DNA from: Oscillospiraceae bacterium
GTDB taxonomy: Bacteria; Bacillota; Clostridia; Oscillospirales; CAG-272
Length of the DNA stretch: 41,652 nt
Direction of reading: 5' to 3'
Assembly: GCA_015064925.1 (NCBI GenBank)
Contig: SVRH01000003.1
Location: 1-41,652, forward strand
Every line of letters begins with the position of its first letter. Within the stretch, counting starts at the first letter, position 1. Shown piece after piece: positions 5,761-15,091 of the stretch. Below the pieces are notes generated by a model, which saw only the letters and a list, made by a program, of their open reading frames with translations, searched no databases and was not told the DNA's origin. A program made the translations under genes and the position numbers.

Positions 5761-7992
5761 TTAGTCCTTGCGCTTGTTCATTTGGCGCTGCGCCATGACA
5801 AGGCCGTAATAAATGCCGTTTTGGCGCATCAGTTCGTCGTGAGTTCCCTGCTCCGCCACAGTGCCGCGATCCAGCACCACGATACGGGTGGCATTGCGCA
5901 GAGTGGACAAACGGTGCGCGATGGCGATGACCGTTCTTCCCTTGATCAGCTCCGCCAGCGCTTCCTGCACCTGCGCTTCGGTTTCGGTATCCAGTGCCGA
6001 GGTCGCCTCGTCCAGAATCAGGATCTTAGGATCGCGCAGCAGCGCTCTTGCGATCGCGATCCTCTGCCGCTCGCCGCCCGAAAGGGTGCAGCCCTTTTCT
6101 CCCACATAGGAATTGTAGCCGTCGGGCATCTTCACAATGAATTCGTGCGCTCTTGCCGTCATTGCCGCCGCAATGACCTCTTCCTTGGTGGCGTTTGGCT
6201 TGGCATAGGCAATGTTATCGTAAATGCTGCCGCTGAAGAGATAGGTCTCCTGCAGCACCGCGCCAATGCCCTTGCGCAGGCTTTCCTTGGGGATCTCCCG
6301 CACGTCTCTTCCGTCGATGCGGATGACGCCCTTATCGCTTTCATACATATGCATGATCAGATTGATCAGGGTGGTCTTGCCCACGCCCGAGCGCCCCACA
6401 AGTCCGATCATCTCGCCCGTACGAATGTCCAGATTGACGTTTCGCAGGACCTCCTTGTCCTCCTCGTAGGCAAAGGTGAGGTCGCGGATCTCGATGTTGC
6501 CCTCGATCTCCATTTCCTCGGTGTCGGTGCGGTCCTCCATCACGTCCTGATCCTCCAGAAGCTCGAGGATATTGGAAAAGGCGGTGGCGGTGCGCACCAA
6601 TCGGCGCGGCAGAGTGGTCATGTAACGAAGAGGACCGTACACCATGGTTACGTAGGCGGTGAACTGGGTCAGCTCTCCGTAGGTCATGCCCTTGCCGTCA
6701 AGGATCATTTTTCCTGCGTAAAACAGCAGCAAATACTGTCCGATGCCCATCAAAAAGCTGAGGATGGGCTGGATCTTTCCGAAAAAGACCTCGTTTCGGA
6801 TCTGAATGCGGCGCTCTGCATCGATGGCTTCATCGTAGCGCGCGATCTCCTTTTTTTCGGTGCCGTAGGTCTTGACCACCCGCATTCCCGAGAAAATATC
6901 GTGCAGCACCGTATTGGCACGGGCGTTCATCTTCCACTGACGGTGGTACATCCGACGGATGTAGCGGTGGAAGACCATGTACAGCAGCATGACAAGGGGA
7001 GCAGGCACCAGCACCAGCAGCGCCAGCTTCCAGTCGTATAAGAACAGCAAAACGGTGACCGAAGCCAAAATGAGGATCTGCTCGATCACGGTCGCCATTT
7101 CACGGGTGATGAAATCGCGGATGACCTCGGTGTCCGAATTGACTCTTTGCATCAATTCTCCCGTGGTACGGCGGCGGATGCAGCCGAGGGAGAGGCGATT
7201 GATCTTATCAAAGATCTGACCGCGCAGCTTGACGATGACTCCCTCGCCCATATGTATGGTGAGCAGCCCCCGCAGGATCCCCAACAGCTTAGAAAGCAGT
7301 CCTACCAAAAAGACGGTCAGCACCACCGACGCAAAGGCGACAAGGGCAGGTTTCTTATCCGCGCGGATGTAATCGTCCACCAGCACTCGGGAAACGTAGG
7401 GAGTGATCAGCTGCAGCAGCGAGCCTGCGATGAAGAGAAGGATCGAAAAGGCAAGCGTCAGGCGGAAGGGCTTGATGATCGACAAAATGCCGGCGAGCAG
7501 ATCCTTTTTACTGCGGCAGCGGGGACAGACCGACGCCCCGGGGGCAAGGGGTCTGTGGCATTTTGGACAAACGCCCCCCATTTTCTTATGCTCGTGAGCC
7601 TCATAGGCTTCGCCCTCGATCTGCGCACGAATGCGGGCAGCCGCATCGGCAAAGGCGCCTGCAGCACTGCGGTCAGAGGCGCACAGCGCGTGTTCCTCAC
7701 CGCTCTTGGTAACAAGACAGATCTGCACGCCTCCCGGTGTCTTTTCCATGCGGGCGCTCTTTAAAAGCACCAACGGATACTCACATCGGCTTCCCTCGTC
7801 ATAGGCAAGCAGGCGATCCTCCAGCAGGCATACCACGCCCTCTGCTCTGTCATATCCCCCCTCGTCCACCGAGCGGTTATAAAAGAAGCTGAAGAGAACC
7901 TGCTCCGTATTCAATTGTTCGTCATACATATGCGCCAGCTCTGTCGGCGTGCGCATCGGTTCTTTCTTCTTAGCGGCGTGTAACATATCCAA
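5761..7992 (-). CDS. ABC exporter, fused permease/ATPase, with N-terminal extension and CxxC zinc ribbon
   Basis: Walker A GRSGVGKT, LSGGERQR, ILILDEATS, IAHRLST; 6-TM domain; CPKC-x10-CPRC before the TMD. Confidence 0.92.
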   Translation of the reverse strand: MDMLHAAKKKEPMRTPTELAHMYDEQLNTEQVLFSFFYNRSVDEGGYDRAEGVVCLLEDRLLAYDEGSRCEYPLVLLKSARMEKTPGGVQICLVTKSGEEHALCASDRSAAGAFADAAARIRAQIEGEAYEAHEHKKMGGVCPKCHRPLAPGASVCPRCRSKKDLLAGILSIIKPFRLTLAFSILLFIAGSLLQLITPYVSRVLVDDYIRADKKPALVAFASVVLTVFLVGLLSKLLGILRGLLTIHMGEGVIVKLRGQIFDKINRLSLGCIRRRTTGELMQRVNSDTEVIRDFITREMATVIEQILILASVTVLLFLYDWKLALLVLVPAPLVMLLYMVFHRYIRRMYHRQWKMNARANTVLHDIFSGMRVVKTYGTEKKEIARYDEAIDAERRIQIRNEVFFGKIQPILSFLMGIGQYLLLFYAGKMILDGKGMTYGELTQFTAYVTMVYGPLRYMTTLPRRLVRTATAFSNILELLEDQDVMEDRTDTEEMEIEGNIEIRDLTFAYEEDKEVLRNVNLDIRTGEMIGLVGRSGVGKTTLINLIMHMYESDKGVIRIDGRDVREIPKESLRKGIGAVLQETYLFSGSIYDNIAYAKPNATKEEVIAAAMTARAHEFIVKMPDGYNSYVGEKGCTLSGGERQRIAIARALLRDPKILILDEATSALDTETEAQVQEALAELIKGRTVIAIAHRLSTLRNATRIVVLDRGTVAEQGTHDELMRQNGIYYGLVMAQRQMNKRKD

Positions 7993-7997
7993 ATCCT

Positions 7998-8513
7998 TTA
8001 AATGTACAGCTCTATTTTCTTATAGCTCTTTTTTTCCAGTGCTGTGACGTCCTCGATCTCAAAACGGTTACCGTCAATATCGGTCAAAATCAGTCTGCCA
8101 TCCGGCAAACGGAAGAGATTGCGGTACACGTCCTGTACGGTGAAGCAAAGGGGACCGATATCGGTCTTGACGTGGAAGGTGGTCCTGCCAAAGCGGTCCT
8201 TCACGTCATCCACCCGCAGGATCTTCGGCATGAAGTATAGCCGATCCAGCTCCTTTTTCAGCAGCTTGCGCTGCGCTTCGGGGAATTCGTTGATATCGGG
8301 GATCATCCCCACTTCCCGCTCGTCCTTTCCCGCCACCGAAATATAGCGGTATGGCTCTGCTGCGGGGAACGCGCGGCGCAGATAGACTCTGGAAAAATGC
8401 AGCTCCACGCTGTACTGCGGCGTGTTCTTTGCCTTCATGACCATCGCAGGGAAATCACCCTTTTGCGTGAAAACAGCGTTTCTTGGCGTGATCAATACGT
8501 TTTTTACGCTCAT
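7998..8513 (-). CDS. DUF1854-like protein
   Basis: RRAFP...YISV...EVGMI...ELDRLYFMPKI...VKTDIGP...LTDIDGNRFEI pattern; lies between two ABC exporters. Confidence 0.75.
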   Translation of the reverse strand: MSVKNVLITPRNAVFTQKGDFPAMVMKAKNTPQYSVELHFSRVYLRRAFPAAEPYRYISVAGKDEREVGMIPDINEFPEAQRKLLKKELDRLYFMPKILRVDDVKDRFGRTTFHVKTDIGPLCFTVQDVYRNLFRLPDGRLILTDIDGNRFEIEDVTALEKKSYKKIELYI

Positions 8514-8528
8514 ATCAGGTCCTTTCCG

Positions 8529-10850
8529 CTATTCCTCAATGCCGATACTGCGCATTGCGCTCATCTGCAATCCAAACAGCTTGTGGTAAATTCCTTTTTT
8601 CGAAAGCAGCTCAAGGTGGGTTCCCTCCTCGGCAATTCTGCCGTTTTCGATGACGATCAGTCGATCCACGTCCTTGAGCGTGGACAAACGGTGTGCGATC
8701 ATCAAAGTGGTACGCCCCTTCGACAGCGCTTCAATGGCGCCCTGCACCTTGCGCTCGGTCTCGGTATCCATGGATGCGGTGGCTTCGTCCAAGATCAGGA
8801 TCTTGGGATTGCGCAGGATGGCGCGTGCGATCGAAACGCGCTGACGCTCTCCGCCCGACAGTCCCACACCACCCTCGCCGATCTGTGTTTCGTAGCCCTG
8901 CGGCAAGCGGATGATAAAATCGTGCGCCCCTGCCGCTCTGGCAGCCGCCAGGATCTCGTCTCTGGAGGCAGTGGGTCTGGCATAGGCAATATTCTCGTAA
9001 ATCGATCCGAGGAACAGATAGGTCTCCTGCGAAACGATCGCCACGTTGCGTCTGAGTTCCTCGGGAGAAAGCGTAGAAATATCCACACCGTCAATGTAGA
9101 TCTTGCCTGCGTCCGGGTCATACAGACGCACCAGCAGGTTGGCAAGCGTGCTCTTGCCCGCGCCTGTTCTGCCCACAATTCCCAGCGACGTGCCCGCAGG
9201 CACACGGAAGGAAAGATCCTTTAAGACAGGGTGACCGCTGACGTAGGCAAAGCTGACGTCCTTGAACTCCACCTCCGCCCGACATCCCTTTTCAAAGGTA
9301 GCAGGCTCTTCGGGCAGAGGAAGGCTATCGGGAGAATCCATGATCTCAAACAGACGTCCCATGGCGTTCATGCTATCGGCAGCATGGCTGACCATATCCA
9401 CAAACATCCGAAGCGGCGCGTAGATCATGCCGGTATAGGCAACAAAGGTCATCAGCTCACCGTAGCTCAGCCCCTTGCCCCCGATCACCATCCATCCGCC
9501 AAAGCCCCACACAAGGATCTCTCCGATCCCCAGCAGGATACCGATCAGCGGATTGCAAACGGTGGCATATGTAGAGGCAGCACGGTCCGCCTTGGCTGCC
9601 GCATTGCTGCGACGGTCAAAGCGTGCGCTTTCCTTTTCCTCCTCCGAGAACGCCTTGACCGTACGGATACCGCCCAGCACGTCCGCCACAAGAGAGCTCA
9701 GGCTCTTGCGTCTGGCAAAGCGGCGGTTGTGCAGCACGTGCATTCCGGCAAAGAATCGGTAGATTCCGAATGCCACCAGCGGCACGGTGATAAGCGCAAG
9801 CGCCGCCAGCAGAGGATTGATATAGAACATGATGGCACCGATCGCGATCACCTGAATGAGATTGACCGTGAAATAAGGAATGCCGTCACAGAAAAACCAG
9901 TAGATGGTGTTGGCGTCCGAGGTGATCTGAGTCATCAGCGCACCCGTGCGCTTGCTTTGGAAGAAGGACATCCCCAGCCGTCCGATCTCGGCAAAGATCC
10001 GATTTTTCAGATCGTACACCAGATTGGCAGCGATGCGGGAGGAAACGATATTGTGAACAATGGTCAGCAGCGCCGACAAAAGCGCCGTTCCGAGGATCAT
10101 CAAAATGACCGTCAGCAGCTGCCCGTAAAAGCCGCCCTTCTCATCCAGCACCTGATCGTAGAAAAATCCGGCACCAATGTAGGGTGTGAGCACCGAAACA
10201 ACTCCTGATATCAGCATCAGAAGCAGCACCGACAGCATTTGCCAGCGATAGCGACGCAAGAAAACACCCATCCTGCGCATGATATTGCGACGATCCTGAC
10301 AGCGAGGACATCTTCCGTCCTCAGCATACAGCGTACCGCAGACAGAGCAGTAACGGGAGGACTGCTTGCCCTGCGAAAGGGTGGAAGGAAGGATTTTACC
10401 GTACTTTCGAATATCCTTCAGCATCGCGAGTGCTGCGTACGCTTCATCGCGGTAGGTGAAGGTATACGCCGCGATCGACACGTGGGTACCGTCATGATGC
10501 ACGCCTGCTAACAGCAGTCTGGAGGGTGACTCCTCAATGATAATGTCCACAAAGTCGGCAAGCACAAAGCATTCCACTGCCTCTTCGGTGAACACGTAGC
10601 CATAGCGCTTTTTTCTTCTCTTTTCACCGGTGAGCTTCTGGATCTTCATATAGCCCTGCACCATATAAAGATGGTCCTTGGTTACCAGATAATAACGGTT
10701 CGTACGTCCCAGCGAAAGATCGGTATCCGTGCGGAACGCCAGCAACACAGCATCGGGCAAAATGCCTCTGGAAACCATCACGCCATCCAGCTCCGGCGGA
10801 ATGCGGTCCGGTTTTCTGGGATCAAAATTCCACTGTACAAATCCTGCCAT
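8529..10850 (-). CDS. ABC exporter, fused permease/ATPase, with N-terminal extension and CxxC zinc ribbon
   Basis: GRTGAGKST, LSGGERQR, ILILDEAT, IAHRLST; CSVC-x9-CPRC; GGAGGTG RBS. Confidence 0.92.
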   Translation of the reverse strand: MAGFVQWNFDPRKPDRIPPELDGVMVSRGILPDAVLLAFRTDTDLSLGRTNRYYLVTKDHLYMVQGYMKIQKLTGEKRRKKRYGYVFTEEAVECFVLADFVDIIIEESPSRLLLAGVHHDGTHVSIAAYTFTYRDEAYAALAMLKDIRKYGKILPSTLSQGKQSSRYCSVCGTLYAEDGRCPRCQDRRNIMRRMGVFLRRYRWQMLSVLLLMLISGVVSVLTPYIGAGFFYDQVLDEKGGFYGQLLTVILMILGTALLSALLTIVHNIVSSRIAANLVYDLKNRIFAEIGRLGMSFFQSKRTGALMTQITSDANTIYWFFCDGIPYFTVNLIQVIAIGAIMFYINPLLAALALITVPLVAFGIYRFFAGMHVLHNRRFARRKSLSSLVADVLGGIRTVKAFSEEEKESARFDRRSNAAAKADRAASTYATVCNPLIGILLGIGEILVWGFGGWMVIGGKGLSYGELMTFVAYTGMIYAPLRMFVDMVSHAADSMNAMGRLFEIMDSPDSLPLPEEPATFEKGCRAEVEFKDVSFAYVSGHPVLKDLSFRVPAGTSLGIVGRTGAGKSTLANLLVRLYDPDAGKIYIDGVDISTLSPEELRRNVAIVSQETYLFLGSIYENIAYARPTASRDEILAAARAAGAHDFIIRLPQGYETQIGEGGVGLSGGERQRVSIARAILRNPKILILDEATASMDTETERKVQGAIEALSKGRTTLMIAHRLSTLKDVDRLIVIENGRIAEEGTHLELLSKKGIYHKLFGLQMSAMRSIGIEE

Positions 10851-10874
10851 TGTGTCACCTCCATTTCATCTTTC

Positions 10875-10904
10875 AGTATAACACACAAAGTAGCAATTTG
10901 TCAA
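10875..10904 (-). promoter_or_regulatory. sigmaA promoter of the ABC-DUF1854-ABC operon
   Basis: Minus strand TTGACA-18bp-TATACT with TGn. Confidence 0.65.
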
Positions 10905-10929
10905 CGATACCGCATACATTTCGCTATTT

Positions 10930-12024
10930 TTATCCCGAATTCCTTGCATCCGTCGCTGAAACCCCGCGTTTTTCCCGTACGACTCCCAACAGCACCGTCA
11001 CGGCAAGAGGCGCTAAGATCAATCCGGTAAAGCCAAAAAGGGAAAATCCGAAATACATGGATGCCAGCGCGTGAAAGGGGTGCAGTCCCAGCTTTTTACC
11101 GATGATCCTCGGTTCGATCGCCTGCCGCGATGCGGTGATCAGCGCCCAAAGCACAAGAAGTCCGATGGCACTTTTCATATCCCCCGAGAGCAGCCGTACG
11201 ATCGCCCAAGGGATCATGACCGTACCCGTTCCGAGAATGGGAAAAAAGTCAATGACGGCAATGATCGCTGCCAGCGTCAGACTATACGGGATGCGCAGCA
11301 GCGTAAATCCGAGGAACAGCTGCAAAAAGGTAAACACCAGCAAAATCAACGCTGCCTTGAGATACTGCCAAAGACAGTCTCCCGCGCGACGGCGCAAATA
11401 CTGCATCTCCTTGACGATACGATCGGGCAGCACAGCATACAGTCCCTTGAAGATCCGCTCTCGGTCGGTTGTCAAGTAATAGGAAGCAATCATCAGTACC
11501 ACCACAAAGAACAAAAGCAGCGGCAAGCATCCCAAAACCGACGAGAGGATCCCGGGAATGGCAGCCACCAGGCCGCTTGCCGCGCCAGACAATGCATCTC
11601 GCACCACCGCGCCAAAGCTCTTGCTGGCAAAATACTCCTTTGCCGCAGGGAACCATTCGCCAAGCTTATTCTGCAGCGTCCCCGCCAGCTGCGAGGGTCC
11701 TGTATCGGACGGGACCTCCTGTGCCAAAAACGAGCCTGCCTCCTCTACCAAGCGCAGTAAGGTCAGATAGGATAAAAGAAGAAGCCCGAAAATCAGCAAG
11801 AGCAGAAGCAAAACCGTGCAAAGACGGACAGGAATACGGAATTTGCGGTACAAAAACTGCACCACCGGACGGATCATGGATGAGAGCAGCAGCGCCAGCA
11901 AAAAGGGCAGCAGCGGCATCCAGAAAAAGCGGAAAAACAAATAAAAAAGCGCGCAGGCGATGGTTGCGTAAAAAACGACGACAAACACACGCTTGTACGG
12001 TTCTTTCGGTAAAAATTCTATCAT
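10930..12024 (-). CDS. ytvI: Sporulation integral membrane protein YtvI (AI-2E family)
   Basis: LLPFLLALLLS, IDFFPILGTGTVMIPWA and RQAIEPRIIGKKLGLHP motifs. Confidence 0.85.
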   Translation of the reverse strand: MIEFLPKEPYKRVFVVVFYATIACALFYLFFRFFWMPLLPFLLALLLSSMIRPVVQFLYRKFRIPVRLCTVLLLLLLIFGLLLLSYLTLLRLVEEAGSFLAQEVPSDTGPSQLAGTLQNKLGEWFPAAKEYFASKSFGAVVRDALSGAASGLVAAIPGILSSVLGCLPLLLFFVVVLMIASYYLTTDRERIFKGLYAVLPDRIVKEMQYLRRRAGDCLWQYLKAALILLVFTFLQLFLGFTLLRIPYSLTLAAIIAVIDFFPILGTGTVMIPWAIVRLLSGDMKSAIGLLVLWALITASRQAIEPRIIGKKLGLHPFHALASMYFGFSLFGFTGLILAPLAVTVLLGVVREKRGVSATDARNSG

Positions 12025-12095
12025 ACGATCCCCAAAATCAACGTTTTCTTGATTCTAGTATACAAAACGGGGATCAAAAATATACAAAGCTGAGA

Positions 12096-12121
12096 AAAAC
12101 AGCCCCCGTGGGGGCTGTTTT
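12096..12121 (-). terminator. Intrinsic terminator of sdaA
   Basis: AAAACAGCCCC...GGGGCTGTTTT inverted repeat directly after the stop codon. Confidence 0.8.
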
Positions 12122-12126
12122 GTACT

Positions 12127-13356
12127 TTATTGAGGAGGCTGGTCACCCAGCTGCTCGCGCACGTACACCACGGCAAGGCCACCCTTGGAGGTCTCGCGAT
12201 AGTCGGAGTGCAGGTCGCGTCCGGTTTCATACATGGTCTTAACCACGGTATCGAAGGAGATTCGACGGGTACCCGTCAGGAAGTTTGCCAGAGAAAGCGC
12301 GTTCATGGCGCGCATAGCAGCCACGGCGTTTCTCTCGATGCAGGGGATCTGCACCAGTCCGCAAATGGGGTCGCAGGTAAGCCCCAGATGGTGCTCCAGC
12401 GAAAGCTCTGCCGCGTACTCGATCTGGTCAAGTCCCATTTCAAACAGCTCCGCCAGTGCTGCTGCCGCCATGGCACAGGCTGTACCGACCTCTGCCTGAC
12501 AGCCGCATTCCGCGCCCGACACCGAAGCGTTGGTCTTGACCACGTTGCCAATGACACCCGCCACCGCCAGCGCCTTGATCATCTGCTCGTCCGTGAAGCC
12601 CTTGTCCTCCTGCATATATTTCAGCACGGAGGGAAGCACGCCGCAGGAGCCGCAGGTGGGGGCGGTCACGATGGTCTTACAGTCGGCATTCTGCTCGCTT
12701 GCCGCAAAGGCGTAAGCGCAGATGATACGGTTTTCTCTTGTCTGAGGGCGCTCGTCAATGTGACGGCGGTTATACAGACGTTGCGCCACCCTTGCCAGCT
12801 TCAATTCACCCGGCAGAATTCCCGTGCGGACAAGGCCTTCGTCGATCTCGTCCTTCATGGTCTGCCATACCGTGTATAGGAAGTCGCGGATCTCGGGGTC
12901 TTCTCTTTCAAACACGTATTCCGAAATACGCATCTTGTTTGCCTTACAATAGTCGGCAATTTCTTTGAAATTCGTTTCTTTATACACCTCCGGTGCATCC
13001 ACACCGGGATCGCCCAGCACGCGGATGTCGCCGCCGCCGATGCTCATAATGCGCTCGGTGGCATACACCTCACCGTTTTTCAGCGCAAAGAAGTCCATGG
13101 TGTTGGCGTGGGGCAGCCCCTCCTCGCGGGGATCACCAAAGATCACCTCGATCGGATGGGGAGCAAAGGTTTCAAGGATCGCAGCGTCGGTGCAGTGACC
13201 CTTACCGGTGCTGGAAAGCGATCCGTACAGCACTGCACGGTAGGCATCCGCATCCGGATACTTTTTCAAAAAGAGTTTGCTTGCCTTTTCAGGTCCCATT
13301 GTATGGGAGCTGGAAGGCCCTTTCCCGATCTTATAAAGCTCTCGTAATGATTTCAT
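12127..13356 (-). CDS. sdaA: L-serine ammonia-lyase, Fe-S dependent, single chain
   Basis: IGKGPSSSHTMGP, TAPTCGSCGVLP, SGAECGCQAEVG, HHLGLTCDP and PCIERNA motifs. Confidence 0.95.
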   Translation of the reverse strand: MKSLRELYKIGKGPSSSHTMGPEKASKLFLKKYPDADAYRAVLYGSLSSTGKGHCTDAAILETFAPHPIEVIFGDPREEGLPHANTMDFFALKNGEVYATERIMSIGGGDIRVLGDPGVDAPEVYKETNFKEIADYCKANKMRISEYVFEREDPEIRDFLYTVWQTMKDEIDEGLVRTGILPGELKLARVAQRLYNRRHIDERPQTRENRIICAYAFAASEQNADCKTIVTAPTCGSCGVLPSVLKYMQEDKGFTDEQMIKALAVAGVIGNVVKTNASVSGAECGCQAEVGTACAMAAAALAELFEMGLDQIEYAAELSLEHHLGLTCDPICGLVQIPCIERNAVAAMRAMNALSLANFLTGTRRISFDTVVKTMYETGRDLHSDYRETSKGGLAVVYVREQLGDQPPQ

Positions 13357-13395
13357 GGAATGAGGTACACCTCCCTTGAGATAATTATATTTTAA

Positions 13396-14874
13396 TCAGT
13401 GTTTTTTCTTTTTTTGATTGGGATGCATGACGTTCTTTGCTCGCACAAAGAACATGCCGATCACCATGATCACCGCAAATACAATCAGATAATAGAATAC
13501 GGGACAGGTTTTATCATCCATATACCGCTGAATTCCGTGGGAATAGATGGTTGCCGCGCCCATAAAAATGCTGGCGCAGATCGCAAAGAAGGGAATGACA
13601 AAGCGCTTGATGAAGCCCTCACCCTTGCTACGCTTCATGAACATAATAAAAATGGGAATGTAAAGAGGGTACATGGTAACGATCGGTAGCTCGGAGGAAT
13701 CAAATGCGAAGACACCAACCCAAGAGGAGGCATTGTAGGACATATTGGCAAAATAGAAATACATCAGCCACACAGCCGTTACGAACACGAAGAAAATCGC
13801 AGAGTTTGCAGGCATATTGGTCTTCTTATCCACCTGGCTGAAGGTTTCCGCCTGCGGTCCTCTGCCTCGGGAAGACATGGCATAGATGCTGCGTGTACCC
13901 GCAAGCATCAACCCATTGAGGGTTCCAAGACAGGAAATAACAACAAAAGCATCCAAGCAAAGACCCAGTGTTTTTCCGTAAATATTTGTAAATGCCACGG
14001 TTGCACCCTGTGCACGCAGTGTTTCGGTGGAAGCACCGCCGGCAACACCCACAAAGTACAGAATATATACAAGCACAATGATAACACCGCCGCAGATCAA
14101 TGCGATGGGCAGATTGCGCTTTGCATTGTTAAGCTCGGCATTGATCGAGGTTGCCACGATCCATCCCTCATAGGCAAACGCAGTGGCAATAATTGCCGCA
14201 AACAGCGGGTTGCCTGTAACATCGGACTTTACAGCATCCGAAACAGCGGTAAAGTTCTCCACCAGCATACCATCGCCGGCCACCAAGCCGTAAATCACAC
14301 CGCCGATCATAACCATAGCAATGGGGACCATCTTGATAAAGGTAGCACTTACCTGGAAATAGCCCGCAATTTTGGGAGCCAGGGCATTCATTGCAAAAAC
14401 GCCCACCAGGAACACCAGTGCCCAAGTCATGGTTTCGGGACCGGCAAGTGCACTGAAATCGGCACCGTCCGGATTGACTACGCTATAAAATCCGAAATTA
14501 GGATTGACATTTTTCATGAATACAACGAAATAACGTGCGGAAACCCTCGCCAATGTAGAAGTCATGGCGGGATAATAAATGACCGACATAAACCAACCGA
14601 TAAAATAACCGTAGCGAGGCCCCACCAAGGCTTCTGCATAATCCACAACGCCGTTGACCTTTTCATACTTGGTAGAAATGATCGCAAACGCAAGGATACA
14701 AGCCAGCATAACCAGACCCGTGATCGCCCACGCCAAAATTCCCGTTACCATGTTTCCGCCGGTCAATTTTAAAACATCCTGCGCTTTAAAAAACACACCG
14801 GATCCGATAACAGTACCAACAACCAAACAGATTGCTGTCATTAATCCATATTTCTTTTTTAATTCAGAGCTCAT
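13396..14874 (-). CDS. APC-family amino acid permease
   Basis: GTVIGSGVFFK, FAYEGW, about 12 TM helices. Start set at MSSELKK behind GGAGG. Adjacent to sdaA. Confidence 0.9.
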   Translation of the reverse strand: MSSELKKKYGLMTAICLVVGTVIGSGVFFKAQDVLKLTGGNMVTGILAWAITGLVMLACILAFAIISTKYEKVNGVVDYAEALVGPRYGYFIGWFMSVIYYPAMTSTLARVSARYFVVFMKNVNPNFGFYSVVNPDGADFSALAGPETMTWALVFLVGVFAMNALAPKIAGYFQVSATFIKMVPIAMVMIGGVIYGLVAGDGMLVENFTAVSDAVKSDVTGNPLFAAIIATAFAYEGWIVATSINAELNNAKRNLPIALICGGVIIVLVYILYFVGVAGGASTETLRAQGATVAFTNIYGKTLGLCLDAFVVISCLGTLNGLMLAGTRSIYAMSSRGRGPQAETFSQVDKKTNMPANSAIFFVFVTAVWLMYFYFANMSYNASSWVGVFAFDSSELPIVTMYPLYIPIFIMFMKRSKGEGFIKRFVIPFFAICASIFMGAATIYSHGIQRYMDDKTCPVFYYLIVFAVIMVIGMFFVRAKNVMHPNQKKKKH

Positions 14875-14902
14875 ACTGCCTCCATAGGTATTCATTTGTT
14901 AT

Positions 14903-14931
14903 ATTCTATCAAATATTTGGTTTCTTGTCAA
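14903..14931 (-). promoter_or_regulatory. sigmaA promoter of the APC permease
   Basis: Minus strand TTGACA-17bp-TAGAAT. Confidence 0.75.
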
Positions 14932-15023
14932 TCATGACTTTTATTTTTGTGAATATTGCATGATTTAAGCGCCAAAAATAGTACATATGTCACAAAAGAC
15001 CGGCTTCCTGAAAAGGTGGCTCA

Positions 15024-15052
15024 TTGACAAAACCAGTTTTTGGTGTTACAAT
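15024..15052 (+). promoter_or_regulatory. sigmaA promoter of the MATE gene
   Basis: TTGACA-17bp-TACAAT with TGn. Confidence 0.75.
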
Positions 15053-15091
15053 ATCAAGCGATCCTGCGACATTTGGAAAGGAAGCGATCAG

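Noticed and set aside
12050-12090. sigmaE-like promoter for ytvI (minus strand GTATATT-15bp-GTATACTA)
   Set aside because: Plausible for a sporulation gene, but the match is too degenerate to call from sequence alone.
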